In this document: positions 38,445 through 51,251 of the stretch, in pieces
Layout: every line of letters begins with the position of its first letter
Numbering within the stretch: the first letter of the stretch is position 1
NCBI GenBank assembly: GCA_964016885.1
Contig: OZ024753.1
Coordinates: 30,752,001-30,816,000 of the forward strand
Length of the DNA: 64,000 nt
From: Eledone cirrhosa
Lineage: Eukaryota
Direction: 5' to 3'
Translations under genes and position numbers: made by a program
The notes under the pieces: generated by a model
Told to the model about the DNA's origin: nothing
The model's input: the letters and a program-made list of their open reading frames with translations, nothing else
Databases searched by the model: none

Positions 38445-39469
38445 TATATATATATATATATAAAATGTTGATGCCACTATAAAATACATTCAATTCTCTG
38501 TTAAGTGGTTGAAATTTGATTGGTAACAATGTAGTCTAAGGAGAGCTCTTCAGTCAAGTTAAAGACTTGGCAATATCTAGAGTTAGCACCATAATAAAAT
38601 GACACCAGTGTAATCTAGTAATCTACAACGTAGATGGCATTAAGATGGACATCCATTTGTAGAAATCACGCTAAACAAATGATTGAGAGGACTCTTCAGT
38701 TGTGTCAAGAACATGGGAAACTCTTAAAATATACTCAATACACTTTGTAAATGGAAAAGAAAGGGAATGGTAAGGACTCTAGTGTCACAAAAGAAGGGGT
38801 AGGGTAGGTGGGTGATAGGGCTCTGCGGTAACGGGGCTGTGCCTCGCAGACGAGACTGCAAAATCATTCCTGCAGACAATGGCCAGTGACACCCCGCTGC
38901 AACAGCCACCCCACCCCGCGGGGCTCTTGGCATTAGAAATGGCATCCAGTTGTAGAAACGATGCTAAAACTGAAATGTATCTGAGACATGGCTCCCAGCC
39001 TTCCCAGGGGAACAGCAGCTCCAATTAAGTACTACCTAGGTTTGCAACGAGCTGTCCAACTCATGGCAAAATGAATATAAGCTGCTGATGATGATGTATT
39101 AATTCATTATTTAATTCGGTGAGAATATATTTGATGCTCCAACAGAGCTGGGCAAACAGAAATTACAGGCTGTAAATTATTTTAACAGATTAAATAAAGT
39201 TTTAATTTTGTTTCAAAATTCAAACAATAGAGCCAAACAAATATTATTTTTTTTTTGTTCTCATAGTATTGACTTTCTTTGTTTAATAATAGCTTTATTA
39301 TTTTTATAAAAAGAATTTTTATTTTTAGACAATAGTTTTGTCTGCATTATCAAACATGTTGTTGCCATAAATACCGGAATTTCTTTTTTACCGTTCCAAA
39401 ATATTTCCAGTTTAAATATAAAGACGAGCTTGTTGTTATTATCATCATCATTATTTTTATTATTGAGTG

Positions 39470-40105
39470 TAGCGGATTGGCAGAATCGGTATGCTTAGTG
39501 GCATAGAGTTAAATCCTGCCGAGGTTAGTTTTGTCTTTCATCTTTACAGGGTTGATGAAATAAAGTACCAGTAATGCAATTAAATTGACTTACCCTTCCC
39601 CAGAAATTGTTGGCCTTGTGCCTAAATCAGAAATCATTGGTGAATTGGCAGTATCAGTAGAGGGTCGGATGCCATGCTTTGATGCAAAGTTACGGTCCTT
39701 GCCATTCTGAGTTCAAATCCCGCCGAGGTTAACTTTGCCTTTCATCCTTACGGGGTCGATAAAATAAAGTACCAGTAATGCACTGGGTAATTGCTGGCCT
39801 TGTGCCAAAAAGTAGAAACAATTATTATTAGGGCGGTGGATTGGCAGAATCAGTAGAGCAAAGCATGGTGTCCGACGCTTTTCCAATATGGCCAATTATC
39901 ATTATTTCTTTTGGTGGATTGGCAGAATCGGTCGGGCGTCGAACACCAAGCTTTGCAGCATAGAGTTACGGCTCTTTACATTCTGAGTTGAAATCCTGCC
40001 GAGGTTAACTTTGCCTTTCATCCTTATGGGGTTGATAAAATAAAGTACCAGTAATTAACCCAGTGTTGTAATTGCTGGCCTTGTGCCAAAAGTAGAAACA
40101 TTATT
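39470..40105 (+). mobile_element. Head-to-tail cluster of ~4 family-A SINEs
   Basis: Four GATTGGCAG(A/T)ATC-type heads and three GGCCTTGTGCC tails. Confidence 0.88.
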
Positions 40106-40627
40106 ATCATTATTATTGGAAGTGTAGACAATAAGGAAAACAGAGAAACTTGGCATGGGACCTGCAAGGCTAATTCTTGCTTTAACAGGGAGAATGGACC
40201 TTAAAACACTTGTCGTAATTATTTTGGAAAAAATCTGCAGAGATTCTTTATATGCTATATATCAAATACAGTAATTTTCAAATCTTGAATTAATCATTTG
40301 CTTCAAAACAATCACAGACTGTTTGTTTATAAAAAAAAAAATGATAAAAAAAACAATAGAAAAACAAACAGTGTTATATGAAAATATATGGATATTCTAA
40401 AAATGAAGTGAAGAAACTATTTGTGTATTTTAGTGAAAACAAAACCTGTATGGCATGATGAATGTTGTATTAAGACACACATGGATTGTTTAACAATGGT
40501 AACTTATATAATAACTCATGGCTAATGTTTATATCTGTTGCCAAATATCTATGACAGCAACAATAACAATGTTATGAGAATATCTCACACATGCACACTG
40601 GTCTCTCTCTCTCTCTCTCTCTCTCTC

Positions 40628-41060
40628 CATATCATCATCATCATCATCATCACCGTTTTACGTCCGTTCTTCCACGGGTTAGGCTGGTTGTCCTGGTGTG
40701 GGCAGTGTCAGCTGACCTTGTCTTGCTCATACGGGAACTGGTTCTGGCTTGATTTCTACAGCTGGATGCCCTTCCTAACACCAACCTCATGTACAGTAAG
40801 TGCTGGGTGCTTTTTTTCCGTGGCACCTACACGTCCACTTTACAGTGAGGGCTGGGTGCTTTTTTGCTGTGGCACCTCCACGACCACTTTGCAGTGGAAT
40901 GAATGGACCCCAATCCCTATCATCTCATTTCTACAGCTGAGTAAATTGTAGCAATGTGAAATAAAGTCTCTTGCTCAAGGAAACAACACATCACCCGGTC
41001 CGAGAATTGAACTCTCAACCTTTCGATTGCAAGGCCAATGCTCTAACCACATGTGCCTCC
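40628..41060 (-). mobile_element. SINE family B variant
   Basis: Reverse complement of the family-B head and body, with a (CAT)n tail. Confidence 0.88.
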
Positions 41061-41213
41061 ATATATCATACATTGAGTTAGAAACTCAAAATAGTCTTTT
41101 ACAATTAGTAAGTACTTGATACTTGGGGTAGTAGAGTATGGTTATATTATAAAGAGTCTGGACCCGACAGCTCAGCTCTTACTGTTTTAATTGTTAGTTC
41201 TGCAGCTAATTAA

Positions 41214-41244
<31 letters not shown>

Positions 41245-41901
41245 AATATAACTATAAAGTCAAGGAAACACTTGGAAGAAGAAAAATGAGTTACAAGCAT
41301 GAGACTAATAGACTTCATGTTATTGCATCCTCTTGTTGGTTCATTTCGTGTTTCCTTGACTTATACTTGACTTATACACTTACACGGCCTCCTACACTTA
41401 TCTTGGATTGCCCTTGGACCACACCTGGATTTACCTACGGACTCTGATGTTTGACCCTTTGTATTGCTTTATATATATATATATAATCCTTATCGAGCTC
41501 TCTTTGGATTTTAGTCTTCACATTTATTATTACTATATATATATATATATAACCATGTGGTCTATAGGATGTTAAGAGTTAAAATGTTTATATTTAAAAC
41601 TTTGAAATGTGTGCATCCCAATGCATATGACCATAGTAACAGTTAGTGACTACAAATAATGGTTTCTGATTTAGGCACAAGGCCAGCAATTTTGGGTAGG
41701 AGAAAGCATTACTGGTACTTTATTTTATCAACCCCCGTAATAATGGTTTCTGATTTAGGCACAAAGTCAGCAATTTTTTGGGAGATGAAAGTTGATTAAA
41801 TCAACTCCATTGCGTTACTGGTATTTTATGATATTATAAGTTAAAACTGCTTGTCACAATTTTATATAAGAATATTTTTTGGTTATAGACACCATCTTAA
41901 T

Positions 41902-42750
41902 AATTGTTTCTACTTTTGGCACAAGGCCAGCAATTACTCAGGGCAATAAAGATAGACGGTAGCCACGGAGTAGGCAGACCCAGAAAAACATGGGACGAGC
42001 TGATAAATTCCGACCTCACACGCTTACACCTCTCCAAGACAATGTCACTGGACCGAGACCTTTGGCGGTACTCAGTAATAGAGAAGACCCGCCTTACCTA
42101 AATACAAAGTAAAAACCTACTACAGTCAGTAGGCATCTCTATCAAAACACCCCCCCGGTCCCACCACCTCCACCCCATCCACACCGCCCCTTTCAATGTA
42201 AAGTTATGTTGGTCCCACAACATCCAGGCCGAAACAAATGAGATCGTGTAGGTGTCACGACAAAAAAACACACAGTCCACGCTGTAAATGTGGCCGTGTA
42301 GGCAACACGGTAAAAACCTCCCAGCCTCACACTGTAAATGTGGTTGGTGTTAGGAAGGGCATCCAGCTGTAGAAAACCCGCCACACAGTCCACGCTGTAA
42401 ATGTGGCCGTGTAGGCAACACGGTAAAAACCTCCCAGCCCCACACTGTAAATGTGGTTGGTGTTAGGAAGGGCATCCAACTGTAGAAAACCCGCCAGACA
42501 GTCCTATGCGAGCAAGACAACCACTCTTACCTCAAGTGGGAAAACCCCCGTCCAAACCCATGCAAGCGTGGAACACGGACGCTAAACCTGATGATGATGA
42601 TGATGATGATGATTACTGGTACTTTATTTTATCGACCCCGTAAGGATGAAAGGCAAAGTTAACCTCGGTGGGATTTGAACTCAGACCGTAAAGAGACGTA
42701 ACTATGCTGGAAAGCATGGCGTCCGACTCTCTACTGATACTGCCATCCAC
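41902..42750. mobile_element. Family-A SINE (-) interrupted by an RTE 3' end (+, ~41939-42611)
   Basis: Insert reads RAIKIDGSHGVGRPRKTWDELINSDL..DRDLWRY, then a 3' UTR with an internal duplication and a (TGA)n tail; the SINE resumes at ATTACTGGTAC. Confidence 0.85.
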
Positions 42751-43912
42751 CATCTTAATAATGACAGTTGTTTTACTAAATCTCTCCAAATCCTTAATTA
42801 TTTCAAAAGATAATTAAAAAATAGTCAGTATATTTACATGAAAGTATGGTAATAAAGGGTTTCACTCTTTGTTACCATATTTCTAATTAAAGACACTGAC
42901 TATTTTGATGTTATTTATGTTGAGAACAATACCTTAACATCAATATGAGCAGCCAGTTATAGCAGGTTTGAACAGAAAGAGGTGACAGAATTCTGGTTCT
43001 CATATAAAATTGTGATGAAATATTTTTCAGATAAATATAAACACTTTAACTCTTTTGTTACCATATTTCAAATGTCATTAAGTTGGTGTTTGAAGCATAA
43101 CCTAAGAAATTATTCTTACATAGAATTATAATGGAAGGTTTAAATTTAAATATGTACATTTTAACCCTTTCTTTACCATATTTCCAATGAGTCATTGCCT
43201 AATGTTTCAAATAATTTTGAAAATAACCAAGATTTTGGAGGAATTTAGTAAAATAATCAATGTTCTTATTAAACTGGTTTTTGAAATGTAATATAACAAA
43301 GGTTTTTACATAAAATTTTGCTGGGAGGATTGTAAACACAAATTTAAACACTTTGAAATAAAAAAAGGGTAGTATTATAGAACAAGGGTCGGTCTCAGGA
43401 GGATTACTACCAGAAGGCTTAAAAAGATGCTATTTTTGTTAGATAATAGAACCAAAGGTAGATTACTATCAAAAGAGTACCACCTAGTTGTTTTAACTTC
43501 TAACTATAGGTTCTATTGGCTGATCCATCTGCTTGGCAGTGTGTGTGTGTATCATAACCCCTGCACTTGTCCTCCATATACAAAGGATCTGTGTCAATAC
43601 AAGAAGGTCTACTTGCCCTCATCACTTTCAACAATAGATCTACGTGTCTGATAGTGTTTCTGAAGTTGGGATAACAGCACACAGCACACACACACACACA
43701 CATACACATATACACTTCACACACACACAAATATCTACACATGCACACACACACACATACACATATCACACACACACGTACACATACATTCACACTCATA
43801 TACTATAATTGCAGGCATTTTTTTTGTTGATTCTGGACATCTGCCCAAGCTACTCAATAGATGCCAGAAGGTTGCTCTTATTCTTGTTCCCCACTGCTTC
43901 TCTCTCTCTCTC

Positions 43913-43985
<73 letters not shown>

Positions 43986-44226
43986 CGCTCTCTCTCTATT
44001 TCTCTCTCTCTCTCTCATACGTATGCATGTATATATGTGTATATATATATATATATTTATATATATTTATATACATACATATATGTGCATATATATATAT
44101 TTATATATATTTATATACATACATATATGTGCATTTATATATATTTATATACATACATATATCTGCATATATATATATATATATATATATACTCATACTT
44201 ACACACACACACACACATATATATAT

Positions 44227-45071
44227 ATATTCTATTCTATTCTATTCTAAGGCGGGTAAAATTCCCGAGATCCATGGACGAGTTCTCTCCAGCGGTCTCT
44301 GTCCCTCATTATCGTTGCCATGTCCTGCGTCTCCAACAGACCAGTGTCTGTCCTTAGGGCATCAACATACGTTAACCTTCCTCTTCTAGTGTGTCCATGT
44401 AGGGGCTCCCAAAGGAGCACTGAATGCAATGTCAACTCTGGATGTCGGTGAGCATGTCCAGCCAACCTCAGTCTCCTCTGTGTCACTTTTGAGCTGACTT
44501 TTGGGAGGCTCCCATACTGCTCTGAGTTTTTCATCCTCAGTGTATACTGATTAATGTTCAGAGCCATCCTCAGCATTCTCGTGTAGCACCCATCCACCAT
44601 CTGAGTGAGTTTCTTGGTCAGTGTCCAAGTCTCAGACCCGTACAGCAGCACAGACTCCACTACAGCAATGAAGAGGCGGATTTTCAGGTCTCTACAAAGG
44701 TCCGACTTCCACACCGATCTCAAGCTGTGGAACGCCGCCCAGGCTTTGCTCTTCCTCTCAACCACATCATCTTCCGTATTCCCAATCTTTGCTTCCAAAT
44801 ACAGGAAGCCCTCAACCAATTCTAGCGGCTTCCCGCCTACATTAGTGATCCCCTCTGGCTTCTCAACATTCTCTACCAGATATTTTGTTTTAGTCTCATT
44901 CATTCTCAGCCCCACACTCATTGACACAGTCTCAACCTCCCGCATCAAATCCTCTGCCTCCTTCACTGTATTTGTCACCAAAACTATGTCGTCAGCAAAT
45001 TCAGCATTTGATACCTTTTTCGCCCTAACTCTCCTGCTCTGAGCCGGTGCTACAGTAAAGCCAGAGTCCTG
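44227..45071 (-). mobile_element. 5'-truncated RTE-clade LINE with an open reverse-transcriptase C-terminal ORF
   Basis: The frame extends upstream to ..[12 protein letters not shown] (catalytic FADD), then LLYGSETW and RRLRLAGH, stop at 44247, (GAATA)n tail. Confidence 0.95.
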
Positions 45072-45258
45072 GTTTTTCTCTCTATATATATACTCCTACA
45101 CACACACATACACACACACATATGTATATATATTTACATACATATATGTGCATATATATATACACTCATACATACACACACACACATATATATATATACA
45201 CTCAGACACATATACATTCATACACACACACACATATATATATATAAATATGTGTGTC

Positions 45259-45299
<41 letters not shown>

Positions 45300-45342
45300 A
45301 TATATATATATATGTGTGTGTATATATATATATATGTATGTG

Positions 45343-45396
<54 letters not shown>

Positions 45397-45447
45397 CATA
45401 TATATGTGTATATATATATATATATGTATGTATGTACATATATATGT

Positions 45448-46037
45448 AACTAGTAACATGTATCCCAGAACAACCTGTCTCATGGTCAGGTCGTTGGCTA
45501 CTAAACTGGCAACCCCACCAAGGTTTCTTGGTGAGGAGGGTGACTTTGGACATCCTGCAGGACTAAAAACAAAACCTGTCAAAGGGCAAAGGAGCTCTTA
45601 AGAGTCAATGGCCATCCAAAATCACCGGGAGAGATGACCCCTTAGCCTTTGTCAAGGCAGAATTCTATGAGAAAGAAAACTCTGATATAACACCTGCAAC
45701 CCTGATGGTATCCAATGATGTTGACTTGTTCTTCTTTTTGGTAAATATCATCTTGGTTAAGAGAGTGGGACTGGCTTTGTGCAGTGCCTTTGCTCACTAT
45801 AAAAGCTTCACAGCACAGGCATTGCTTTATATCTGGAGATCTCTCTGCACTTGTCATCACATGGTACCATGGGCCCAGCACTATGTGTCAATAATTGTCA
45901 CAAGTGTAGTGTTTGTACCAGAGTTTTCAAGTCGCTGGCTGGACTAAAAAGTCACACTCGTTCAGCGCATCGGTAGGTGTTCTCCTACATGGATATAAAG
46001 TAGTGGCCGTACTCGAAAACGAGTTGGCAGCCACCAT
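45448..46037 (+). mobile_element. Non-autonomous RTE-like element, copy 1, ending in a C2H2 finger remnant
   Basis: Three close copies in the window; 45905-45976 encodes [23 protein letters not shown]; ends GGCAGCCACCAT running into microsatellite. Confidence 0.8.
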
Positions 46038-46216
46038 GTGTATATGTATGTATGTACATATATATGTGTATATATATGTACATATATATGTGTATATATA
46101 TATGTACATATATGTATGTGTGAGTGTATATATATGTACATATATATGTGTATTTATATATATGTACATATATGTATGTGTGAGTGTATATATATATATA
46201 TATATGTGTGTGTGTG

Positions 46217-46291
<75 letters not shown>

Positions 46292-46373
46292 TATTCCGGG
46301 TTGAGTCAGAGGTAACCACAGTAAGTAAGGTACTCAATACATTGCAGAGTATAAAAGTTTTAATATAGATGAG

Positions 46374-46420
46374 ATTCTACAGGACTAGAACTGTTTCATT
46401 CTTTAGAAATCATCAGGAAT
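46374..46420 (-). ncRNA. Minimal hammerhead ribozyme
   Basis: ATTC-CTGATGA-TTTCTAAAGAAT-GAAA-CAG(TTCTAGTC)CTG-TA-GAAT; short stem II with a U-U pair at its base. Confidence 0.75.
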
Positions 46421-46465
46421 CCCTGATGATTTCTGAAGAATGAAACAGTTCTAGTCCTGTAGAAT
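46419..46465 (+). ncRNA. Minimal hammerhead ribozyme (mirror copy, one stem-I mismatch)
   Basis: ATCC-CTGATGA-TTTCTGAAGAAT-GAAA-CAG..CTG-TA-GAAT. Confidence 0.65.
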
Positions 46466-46677
46466 CTCATCTATATATATATATATATATGCATATCACC
46501 TTCCCACTCATTTTCTTATCTATACCGACTTTACATCTGTCTGTTGTTTCTATCAAACAGCTTTGTCTTTTCCAGCTTCTCATCTTATCTGCTTATCACT
46601 CTCTGTCCTTTCTTTCACATCTATACATTATGTATGTGATTATGAGTATGTATTTGCCTGTCTGCCTGTTTCAATAT

Positions 46678-46690
46678 GTGTGTGTGTGTA

Positions 46691-46749
<59 letters not shown>

Positions 46750-46830
46750 ATATATATATATGTGTGTGTGTGTATATATATATATGTGTGTGTGTGTATA
46801 TATATATATGTGTGTGTGTATATATATATA

Positions 46831-46861
<31 letters not shown>

Positions 46862-46923
46862 GTGTGTGTGTATATATATATATATATATGTGTGTGTGTA
46901 TATATATATATATATATACATAT

Positions 46924-46981
<58 letters not shown>

Positions 46982-47262
46982 GTGTGTGTATATATATATA
47001 TACATATGTGTGTGTATATATATATATATGTGTGTGTATATATATATATATGTGTGTGTATATATATATGTATGTGTGTATATATATATGTATGTGTGTG
47101 TATATATGTATGTGTGTGTGTGTGTATATGTATGTGTGTGTGTATATGTATGTGTATATATATATATGTGCGTGTGTGTGTATATATGTGTGTGTGTGTG
47201 TGTATATATATACATATACATATGTGTGTGTGTGTGTGTATATATACATATACATATATATG

Positions 47263-47310
<48 letters not shown>

Positions 47311-47372
47311 CGTATATATATACATATGTGTGTGTGTATATATACATATGTATGTGTATGTATATATATATG
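46678..47372. repeat. Compound (TG)/(TA) microsatellite
   Basis: Direct reading. Confidence 0.95.
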
Positions 47373-47475
47373 CAGGGTGTCCCCCCCAAAAACGTATACA
47401 TACTTTGATTACCTGTACAGGCAACATTTATTAGAATGCTGTTGAAATGTGTATACATTTTTTAAGGACAGCCTG
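47373..47475. mobile_element. ~100-bp Tc1/mariner-type MITE (related ends at 52365-52387 and 52446-52505)
   Basis: CAGGGTGTCC..AAAA.GTATACA pairs with TGTATACATTTTT..GGACAGCCTG; ACTTTGATTAC.TGTACAGGCAA is shared with 52475. Confidence 0.65.
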
Positions 47476-47547
47476 TGTGTGTATATATATATATATATAT
47501 ATTAATTCAAAATATTAACAAAATAGATATTCTTGTGATCAATTATA

Positions 47548-47610
47548 TTTTACTATACATATTTCAGAGGTACTGAGTTAAGTTCAACAGTACGTCCTCA
47601 TCAGATAAAA
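47548..47610 (-). ncRNA. Hammerhead-like motif with degenerate stems I and III
   Basis: CTGATGA-GGACGTACTG..CAGTACCTCT-GAAA-TATGTATAGTA; good core and stem II. Confidence 0.5.
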
Positions 47611-48088
47611 TAAGATGATGCATGACATACCCTGACATAGTAGATGGTTAACATTCAGTCATGGTAGTGATTAACATATGACAAAAACTCAATATTTATA
47701 CCCTAATATTGAGAACATGAGGAAAATATATAATACAAACAATAGGGAGGGTGCATGTAATACAGCTTAAAAAATACATGGCATCAATCTAACAGTTAAA
47801 AAATTTAATAATGTAAATCTCATTCTTTGATGTATTCATTGAACCTTGTTTAACTTTTAAATATATATATATATATATATGTGTGTGTGTACTGGGTTCA
47901 ATCGGGGGTAACCACAGTAAGTAAGGTACTCAATACATTAGCAGAGTGTATTCTTGACTGACTTTGTCCTGAACTTTGGCAGTATGTGTGGTCAGTACAT
48001 GAGGAATGCATTCCTCCAATTGAGTCAAAGTTTTTGGTTTTGAGCCATAAAGTACACACACACAAACATATAGATGTGTGTGTGTGTA

Positions 48089-48119
<31 letters not shown>

Positions 48120-48152
48120 GTATGTATGTATATATGTATGTATGTGTATGGG

Positions 48153-48610
48153 CAAAGGGCAAAGGAGCTCTTAAGAGTCAATGGCCATCCAAAATCACCG
48201 GGAGAGATGACCCCTTAGCCTTTGTCAAGGCAGAATTCTAGGAGAAGGAAAACTCTGATATAACACCTGCAACCCTGATGGTATCCAATGATGTTGACTT
48301 GTTCTTCTTTTTGGTAAATATCATCTTGGTTAAGAGAGTGGGACTGGCTTTGTGCAGGGCCTTTGCTCACTATAAAAGCTTCACGGCACAGGCATTGCTT
48401 TATATCTGGAGATCTCTCTGCACTTGTCGTCACATGGTACCATGGGCCCAGCACTATGTGTCAGTAATTGTCACAAGTGTAGTGTTTGTACCAGAGTTTT
48501 CAAGTCGCTGGCTGGACTAAAAAGTCACACTCGTTCAGCGCATCGGTAGGGGTTCTCCTACATGGATATAAAGTAGTGGCCGTACTCGAAAACGAGTTGG
48601 CAGCCACCAT
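48153..48610 (+). mobile_element. Non-autonomous RTE-like element, copy 2 (5'-truncated)
   Basis: Near-identical to 45580-46037. Confidence 0.8.
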
Positions 48611-48683
48611 ATATATATATATGTATATATGTATATATATATATATGTATATGTGTATATATATATATGTATATATATATATG

Positions 48684-48714
<31 letters not shown>

Positions 48715-48721
48715 GTATGTG

Positions 48722-48771
<50 letters not shown>

Positions 48772-48857
48772 TATATGTGTATATATATATGTATATATAT
48801 GTATATATATGTATATATATATGTATATATATATGTATATGTAAGTGTGTGTATATG

Positions 48858-48906
<49 letters not shown>

Positions 48907-48982
48907 GTATATATATATATATATGTATGTATATATATGTGTATGTATATATATATATATGTATATATATACATATATATAC

Positions 48983-49013
<31 letters not shown>

Positions 49014-49323
49014 CATATATATACATGTGTATACATGTATATATATATATATGTATATATATACATATATATACATATATATATATATATATGTATATGT
49101 ATGTATATATATGTATATATATGTATGTATATATATGTATATATATGTATATATATGTATGTATATATATGTATATATATATATATATATGTATGTATAT
49201 ATATATGTATATGTATGTGTATATGTATGTATATATATATGTATATGTATATATGTATATATATATATATGTATATATATATGTATGTGTATATATGTAT
49301 ATATATGTATATGTATATATGTG

Positions 49324-49404
<81 letters not shown>

Positions 49405-49405
49405 G

Positions 49406-49452
<47 letters not shown>

Positions 49453-49473
49453 GTATATATATGTATATATATG

Positions 49474-49506
<33 letters not shown>

Positions 49507-49627
49507 GTATATATATGTATATATGTATATATATATATGTATATATATGTATATATATGTATATATATATGTATATATATGTATATGTGTGTATATATAT
49601 ATGTATATATATGTATATATATATATG

Positions 49628-49661
<34 letters not shown>

Positions 49662-50157
49662 TGTATATATATGTATATATATGTATATGTATATATATGT
49701 ATATATATGTATATATATGTATATATATATGTGTGTATGTATATATGTATATATGTGTATATATATGTATATATATGTATATATATGTATATGTATGTAT
49801 ATATATATATATATGTATGTATATATATATATGTATGTATGTATATGTGTATGTGTATGTATATATATATATATGTGTATATGTATATATGTATATATAT
49901 ACATATATATCTGTATATATATATATATATATATATATGTGTATATGTGTATGTGTATATATATATATATATATATGTGTATGTATGTGTATATGTGTGT
50001 GTATGTATATATATATATATGTGTATATATATGTGTGTATATATATATGTGTATATATATGTATGTATATGTATGTGTGTGTATGTATATATATATATAT
50101 GTATGTATGTGTATGTATATGTATATGTATGTATGTATATATATGTATATATATATA
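48611..50157. repeat. ~1.55-kb (TA)n/(TATG)n microsatellite
   Basis: Direct reading; source of the 445-597-aa spurious ORFs. Confidence 0.97.
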
Positions 50158-50712
50158 TCATGGTCGGGTCGTTGGCGACTAAACTGGCAACCCCACCAAG
50201 GTTTCTTGGTGAGGAGGGTGACTTTGGACATCCTGCAGGACTAAAAACAAAACCTGTCAAAGGGCAAGGGAGCTCTTAAGACTCAATAGCCATCCAAAAT
50301 CACCGGGAGAGATGACCCCTTAGCCTTTGTCAAGGCAGAATTCTAGGAGAAGGAAAACTCTGATATAACACCTGCAACCCTGATGGTATCCAATGATGTT
50401 GACTTGTTCTTCTTTTTGGTAAATATCATCTTGGTTAAGAGAGTGGGACTGGCTTTGTGCAGTGCCTTTGCTCACTATAAAAGCTTCACAGCACAGGCAT
50501 TGCTTTGTATCTGGAGATCTCTCTGCACTTGTCATCACATGGTCAATATGATGCACTATGTGTCAATAATGGTCACAAGTGTAGTCTTTGTACCAGAGTT
50601 TTCAAGTCGCTGGCTGGACTAAAAAGTCACATTCGTTCAGCGCATCGGTAGGGGTTCTCCTACATGGATATAAAGCAGTGGCCGTACTCGAAAACGAGTT
50701 GGCAGCCACCAT
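50158..50712 (+). mobile_element. Non-autonomous RTE-like element, copy 3
   Basis: Near-identical to 45480-46037. Confidence 0.8.
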
Positions 50713-50883
50713 GTGTATGTATATATGTATATATGTGTACGTATGTATATATATATGTGTATGTATGTATATATATATGTGTATGTATGTATATATATAT
50801 GTGTATGTATGTATATGTATGTGTATATATGTATGTATGTGTGTATATATGTATATGTGCATATGTATATATATGTGCGTATG

Positions 50884-50918
<35 letters not shown>

Positions 50919-50989
50919 TTTTGTTCACTCCACAGTAGGGTCGTTTTTTGAGGTAACGTTTTTACAGCCAGGATGCCCTCCACACACAG

Positions 50990-51020
<31 letters not shown>

Positions 51021-51204
51021 TTGTTGGCATCCTGAAGTTTTTTGTTCACTATAGATACTGCTGAGATACTGTAGCTAGACAGACAGACAGACAGACAGAC
51101 AGAGAACACTTTGCTGTTCTGACAGCAGCAATATTGCAATGCACATATAGAAGTGCACATGTAGACTTTAGCTGCAGCTGCTGCAGTCTCTGTTGTAGTT
51201 GAAA

Positions 51205-51209
51205 GCAGC

Positions 51210-51251
<42 letters not shown>

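Larger units (their letters stand above)
46293..46475. mobile_element. PLE-like fold-back element with back-to-back hammerheads
   Basis: GTAAGTAAGGTACTCAATAC motif, then a palindrome 46365-46474 centred at 46419-46420; TA-flanked. Confidence 0.8.

Noticed and set aside
45905-45976. C2H2 finger as part of a host zinc-finger gene
   Set aside because: Single finger with no TGEKP linkers, inside a triplicated 5'-truncated repeat.
48486-50279. Long YI/IY-rich ORFs (also 7005-8015, 25476-25968, 46489-47458)
   Set aside because: Translations of TA/TG microsatellites that lack stop codons in several frames.
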